DNA from: an uncultured Acidobacteriota bacterium
GTDB lineage: Bacteria; Acidobacteriota; Thermoanaerobaculia; Multivoradales; JAGPDF01
Reading direction: 5' to 3'
Length of the DNA: 64,000 bases
NCBI GenBank assembly: GCA_963803995.1
Contig: CAWDOT010000003.1
Location: forward strand, 3,822 to 67,821
Shown piece after piece: positions 61,116 through 64,000 of the stretch (position 1 is its first letter; each line of letters starts with the position of its first letter). A program made the position numbers and the translations under genes. The notes beneath the pieces are model-generated. The model saw only the letters and a list, made by a program, of their open reading frames with translations, searched no databases and was not told where the DNA came from.

Positions 61116-62579
61116 TCAGCCGTGCGGCTCGCCCGCGGCCGGCGCCGACCTCGCCGCCGCGCGCCGCGCGAGCTCGGCGAAGCGCGGGTCGGCGCGCAGC
61201 GGCGCGAGGTCGGCGTCCTCGGCGAGCTGCTGCGCGTCGGAGAATCCGGCGTCGATCGCCCCGGCGAGGGCGGCGAGCGCGGCGTCGATCTCCCCGGTGC
61301 GCGCCCGCGCGCAGGCCAGGTTGTAGCGGGTTCCCGGTTCGGCGCCGAGCGCGACCGCCCGTTCGAGCGGGGCGACCGCCTCGGCCGGAAGGCCGAGCTG
61401 GAGCCGGGCGAGACCCAGAATCCCGAGGTCGATCGCGTCCATCCGCGGATCGCTTTCCACCGGGGTCAGCCCCTCCTCGACCTGGGTCCAGCCGCGCAGT
61501 TGCGCGGCCAGCCGCGTCGCGCGGCGGCGCAACGCCCAGTCGTCCGGCGCGACGCGCGACGCCTGCTCGAGCGCCAGCATCTCGCCCACCGGGCTGTTCA
61601 TCCCTCGGCGCGCCCAGGCCAGGTTCTCCCAGGCCTGACGGTCCTCGCGCGCCGGGCCGTCGACCTGCTCGTTGTAGAAGTCGTGCGCACGCTCGTACTC
61701 CCGGCCGAAGAGCTGGGCCAGGGCCTCGCGCGCCGCGCGCCGCTCCTCGGTCTCGGCGACGAGCGCGGGAGGAGCCCCGAGCCGGGCGTCGATAAAGCCG
61801 AGCACCTGAGCCACCGTGGCGAGACTCTCCGCCGAACGGTCGAAGGCGTCGAAAGCGTGCGGCAGGCCGGGCGCCTCGACCACCGTCCAGGGCGCCCCGG
61901 CGGCGCGCGCCCGCCCGGCGAGCGCGCGCTCCTCGGCGACGAGCTCCGGCCCGTCGCGCCCGGCGATCACCAGCAGCACCGGCAGGTCGGCGCGCACCCG
62001 CTCCGCCTCGCCGGCGCCGTAGAGCAGCGCCGCCGCCACCACCCCGCGCGGCGCGCCCTCGCCCATCACGAAGGGCAGGGCGCCGCCCACGTTGGCCGAG
62101 CAGGCCCAGACCAGCAGCCGGCCGGAGTCGATCCCGAGCTCGTCGCCCCGCTCGGCGAGGAAGCGGAAGAGCGCGGCCAGACTGCCCGGCACGTCGCGCG
62201 GATCGCTCTCGCCCATCACCCCGACGTAGCCCCGCGCCGCCACCGTGCGCAGCCAGGAGCGGTAGATCTCCCAGCTCCTGAGCGGCGCCGCCGGATCGTC
62301 GCCGAAGCCGGCGACGAAGACCACCGCCGGCCGGCGCTCTCCGGCCGCCAGGCCGGGCGGCGGGTAGAGGTCGAGCGCGAGGTCGCGGTCGAGCGGCCGG
62401 CCGAAGACCAGGCCGGTCCGCGCCACGACCGACTCGGCGCCGGGCTGGCTCCAGACCAGCGGGTAGCCGGTCGGGTCGTGGATCGAGCGCGCCGGTTCGA
62501 CAGCGGCGAGGGCGGCCGGCGCGAGGACGAGCAGCAGCGGGAGCAGGAGCAGGAGCAGGTGCGGGCGGCATCCGGGCAT
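61116..62579 (-). CDS. Exported alpha/beta-hydrolase-fold protein with C-terminal TPR
   Basis: Signal peptide, LDLYPP, IDSGRLLVWACSANV, AGRD, PHAFD, YNLACA, DADLAPLR. Confidence 0.75.
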   Translation of the reverse strand: MPGCRPHLLLLLLPLLLVLAPAALAAVEPARSIHDPTGYPLVWSQPGAESVVARTGLVFGRPLDRDLALDLYPPPGLAAGERRPAVVFVAGFGDDPAAPLRSWEIYRSWLRTVAARGYVGVMGESDPRDVPGSLAALFRFLAERGDELGIDSGRLLVWACSANVGGALPFVMGEGAPRGVVAAALLYGAGEAERVRADLPVLLVIAGRDGPELVAEERALAGRARAAGAPWTVVEAPGLPHAFDAFDRSAESLATVAQVLGFIDARLGAPPALVAETEERRAAREALAQLFGREYERAHDFYNEQVDGPAREDRQAWENLAWARRGMNSPVGEMLALEQASRVAPDDWALRRRATRLAAQLRGWTQVEEGLTPVESDPRMDAIDLGILGLARLQLGLPAEAVAPLERAVALGAEPGTRYNLACARARTGEIDAALAALAGAIDAGFSDAQQLAEDADLAPLRADPRFAELARRAAARSAPAAGEPHG

Positions 62580-62674
62580 GGTCGTCTCCGGGCCGGATTC
62601 TAGGCCCTGCGCTTGCGTCGCGGCCGACCGGGCGGATACGATTCCTGCGGCTTCGCCGCCGGGAAGGAATCCCC

Positions 62675-63823
62675 ATGCCCACGCTGTTCGTACCGAAAGA
62701 GATTCGCGCCGGCGAGCGGCGCGTCGCAGCCACTCCCGAAACCGTCAAGAAACTGATCGCGGCCGGCTTCGACGTCGAGGTCGCCCGCGCCGCCGGCGAG
62801 ACCGCCGGCATCACCGACCACGCCTACGAGGCGGTCGGCGCGCGCATCGTCGCCGGCGTCGACCCGGCCTGGCGCGCCGCGGACGTGATCCTCAAGGTCC
62901 AGCCGCCGACCGACGCCGAGGCCGAGCTGCCGAAGTCCGGCGCCCTGCTGCTCGCGTTGCTCGACCCGTACCGCAACCTCGAGCTGGTCCGCAAGCTCGC
63001 CGCGCGCGGCGTCGCCGCCTTCGCGATGGAGCTGGTGCCGCGCACCACGCGCGCCCAGACGATGGACGTGCTCTCGTCGCAGGCCTCGATCGTCGGCTAC
63101 AAGGCGGTGATCGCCGCCGCCGACCGGCTCGGCAAGTACTTCCCGCTGCTGATGACCGCCGCCGGCACCATCCAGCCGGCGCGCATCGTCGTGCTCGGCG
63201 CCGGCGTCGCCGGCCTGCAGGCGCTCGCCACCGCCAAGCGGCTCGGCGCGGTGGTCGAGGTCTCCGACGTGCGGCCCTCGGTCAAGGAGCAGGTCGAGTC
63301 GCTCGGCGGCCGCTTCATCGACCTGCCGCAGATGCCCTCCGGCGAGGGCCAGGGCGGCTACGCCAAGGAGCTGCCGCCGGAGTTCCTGGCCAAGCAGCGC
63401 GAGATCCTCACCGCCCGCATCGCCCTCGCCGACGTCGTCATCACCACCGCCCAGGTGCCGGGCAAGAAGGCGCCGACGCTCGTCACCCGCGCCATGGTCG
63501 AGGCGATGAAGCCGGGCGCGGTGGTGGTCGACATCGCCGCCGCCCAGGGCGGCAACTGCGAGCTGACGAAGGCCGACGAGGAGGTCGTGCACCACCACGT
63601 CAGCATCCTCGGCCCCTCGAACCTCGCCGCGACGGTGGCCGCCGACGCGAGCCTGCTCTATGCGCGCAACCTCCTGGCGCTGCTCATGCTCTGCGTCACC
63701 AAGGAGAAGCAGGTCAAGCTCCCGGACGGCGACGACATCATCGAAGGCACGCTGGTGACCCGCGGCGGCGAGATCGTCCACCCGGCGATCGCTCCGCTGG
63801 TCGCGGTTCCCGCCGCCCACTAG
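62675..63823 (+). CDS. pntA: NAD(P) transhydrogenase alpha subunit, soluble dI part
   Basis: ERRVAATPE, RAQTMDVLSSQ, MTAAGT, GAGVAGLQA, GGYAKE, PGKKAP, GGNCE. Confidence 0.93.
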   Translation: MPTLFVPKEIRAGERRVAATPETVKKLIAAGFDVEVARAAGETAGITDHAYEAVGARIVAGVDPAWRAADVILKVQPPTDAEAELPKSGALLLALLDPYRNLELVRKLAARGVAAFAMELVPRTTRAQTMDVLSSQASIVGYKAVIAAADRLGKYFPLLMTAAGTIQPARIVVLGAGVAGLQALATAKRLGAVVEVSDVRPSVKEQVESLGGRFIDLPQMPSGEGQGGYAKELPPEFLAKQREILTARIALADVVITTAQVPGKKAPTLVTRAMVEAMKPGAVVVDIAAAQGGNCELTKADEEVVHHHVSILGPSNLAATVAADASLLYARNLLALLMLCVTKEKQVKLPDGDDIIEGTLVTRGGEIVHPAIAPLVAVPAAH

Positions 63824-63947
63824 CCCCGGGCAGCCCGACGGACACCCCGGCCCGGCGACGGGCGGCCGGCTGCGGCCCCTGCCGTGGTTGCCGCCCGCTC
63901 GCGGGCCCGACTAGACTTTCCTCCGACCGTCCCGAGAAAGGGCGCCC

Positions 63948-64000
63948 ATGGGCACGCACGACGTCAAGGAGCTCGACTCCCAGAACCTGCGCACCTTCAC
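63948..64000 (+). CDS. Start of an unidentified gene (3' partial)
   Basis: ATG after GAAAGG, open to the window end (MGTHDVKELDSQNLRTF); TAGACT at 63912-63917. Confidence 0.5.
   Translation, partial: MGTHDVKELDSQNLRTF

Overview
Very GC-rich, densely coding bacterial chromosome segment. Gene style (Ser/Thr kinase-TPR, FG-GAP protein, C-terminal FxDxFExGD tails) suggests Acidobacteriota, possibly Thermoanaerobaculia; this is inference. All family calls come from motif recognition, not database searches. In order: Ser/Thr kinase-TPR; a VTC/DUF4956/CotH trio followed by a phosphomannomutase and an ArnT-like glycosyltransferase; housekeeping genes (ggt, YugP-like, yhbY, B3/4, yebC, GNAT); an ECF sigma factor with a Cys-rich tail next to trxA, a DUF442-like gene and cydAB; a convergent small exported/cytochrome c operon; a ~23-46 kb heavy-metal region (two TolC/MFP/RND systems each led by a Cys-rich leader ORF, copA, DUF3347, two vapBC modules, a solo nucleotidyltransferase, gene scars); then GT2, SDR, CAP protein, holB, tmk, terC, uppP, potABCD, a class III aminotransferase, rmlA, rmlC, DUF4301, a hydrolase-TPR and pntA. 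Many genes between about 16.7 and 58.4 kb carry single-base frameshifts that look like long-read assembly errors. No rRNA, tRNA, CRISPR array, integrase or transposase was recognised. Best leads: (1) a shared C-terminal FE-x6-W tail on three unrelated secreted proteins, a candidate sorting signal; (2) a candidate thiol-sensing ECF regulon defined by two matching GGGAACC-N16-CCTCT promoters; (3) the VTC-DUF4956-CotH module; (4) two vapBC loci sharing one operator palindrome; (5) candidate metal-sensing leader peptides before both RND operons.
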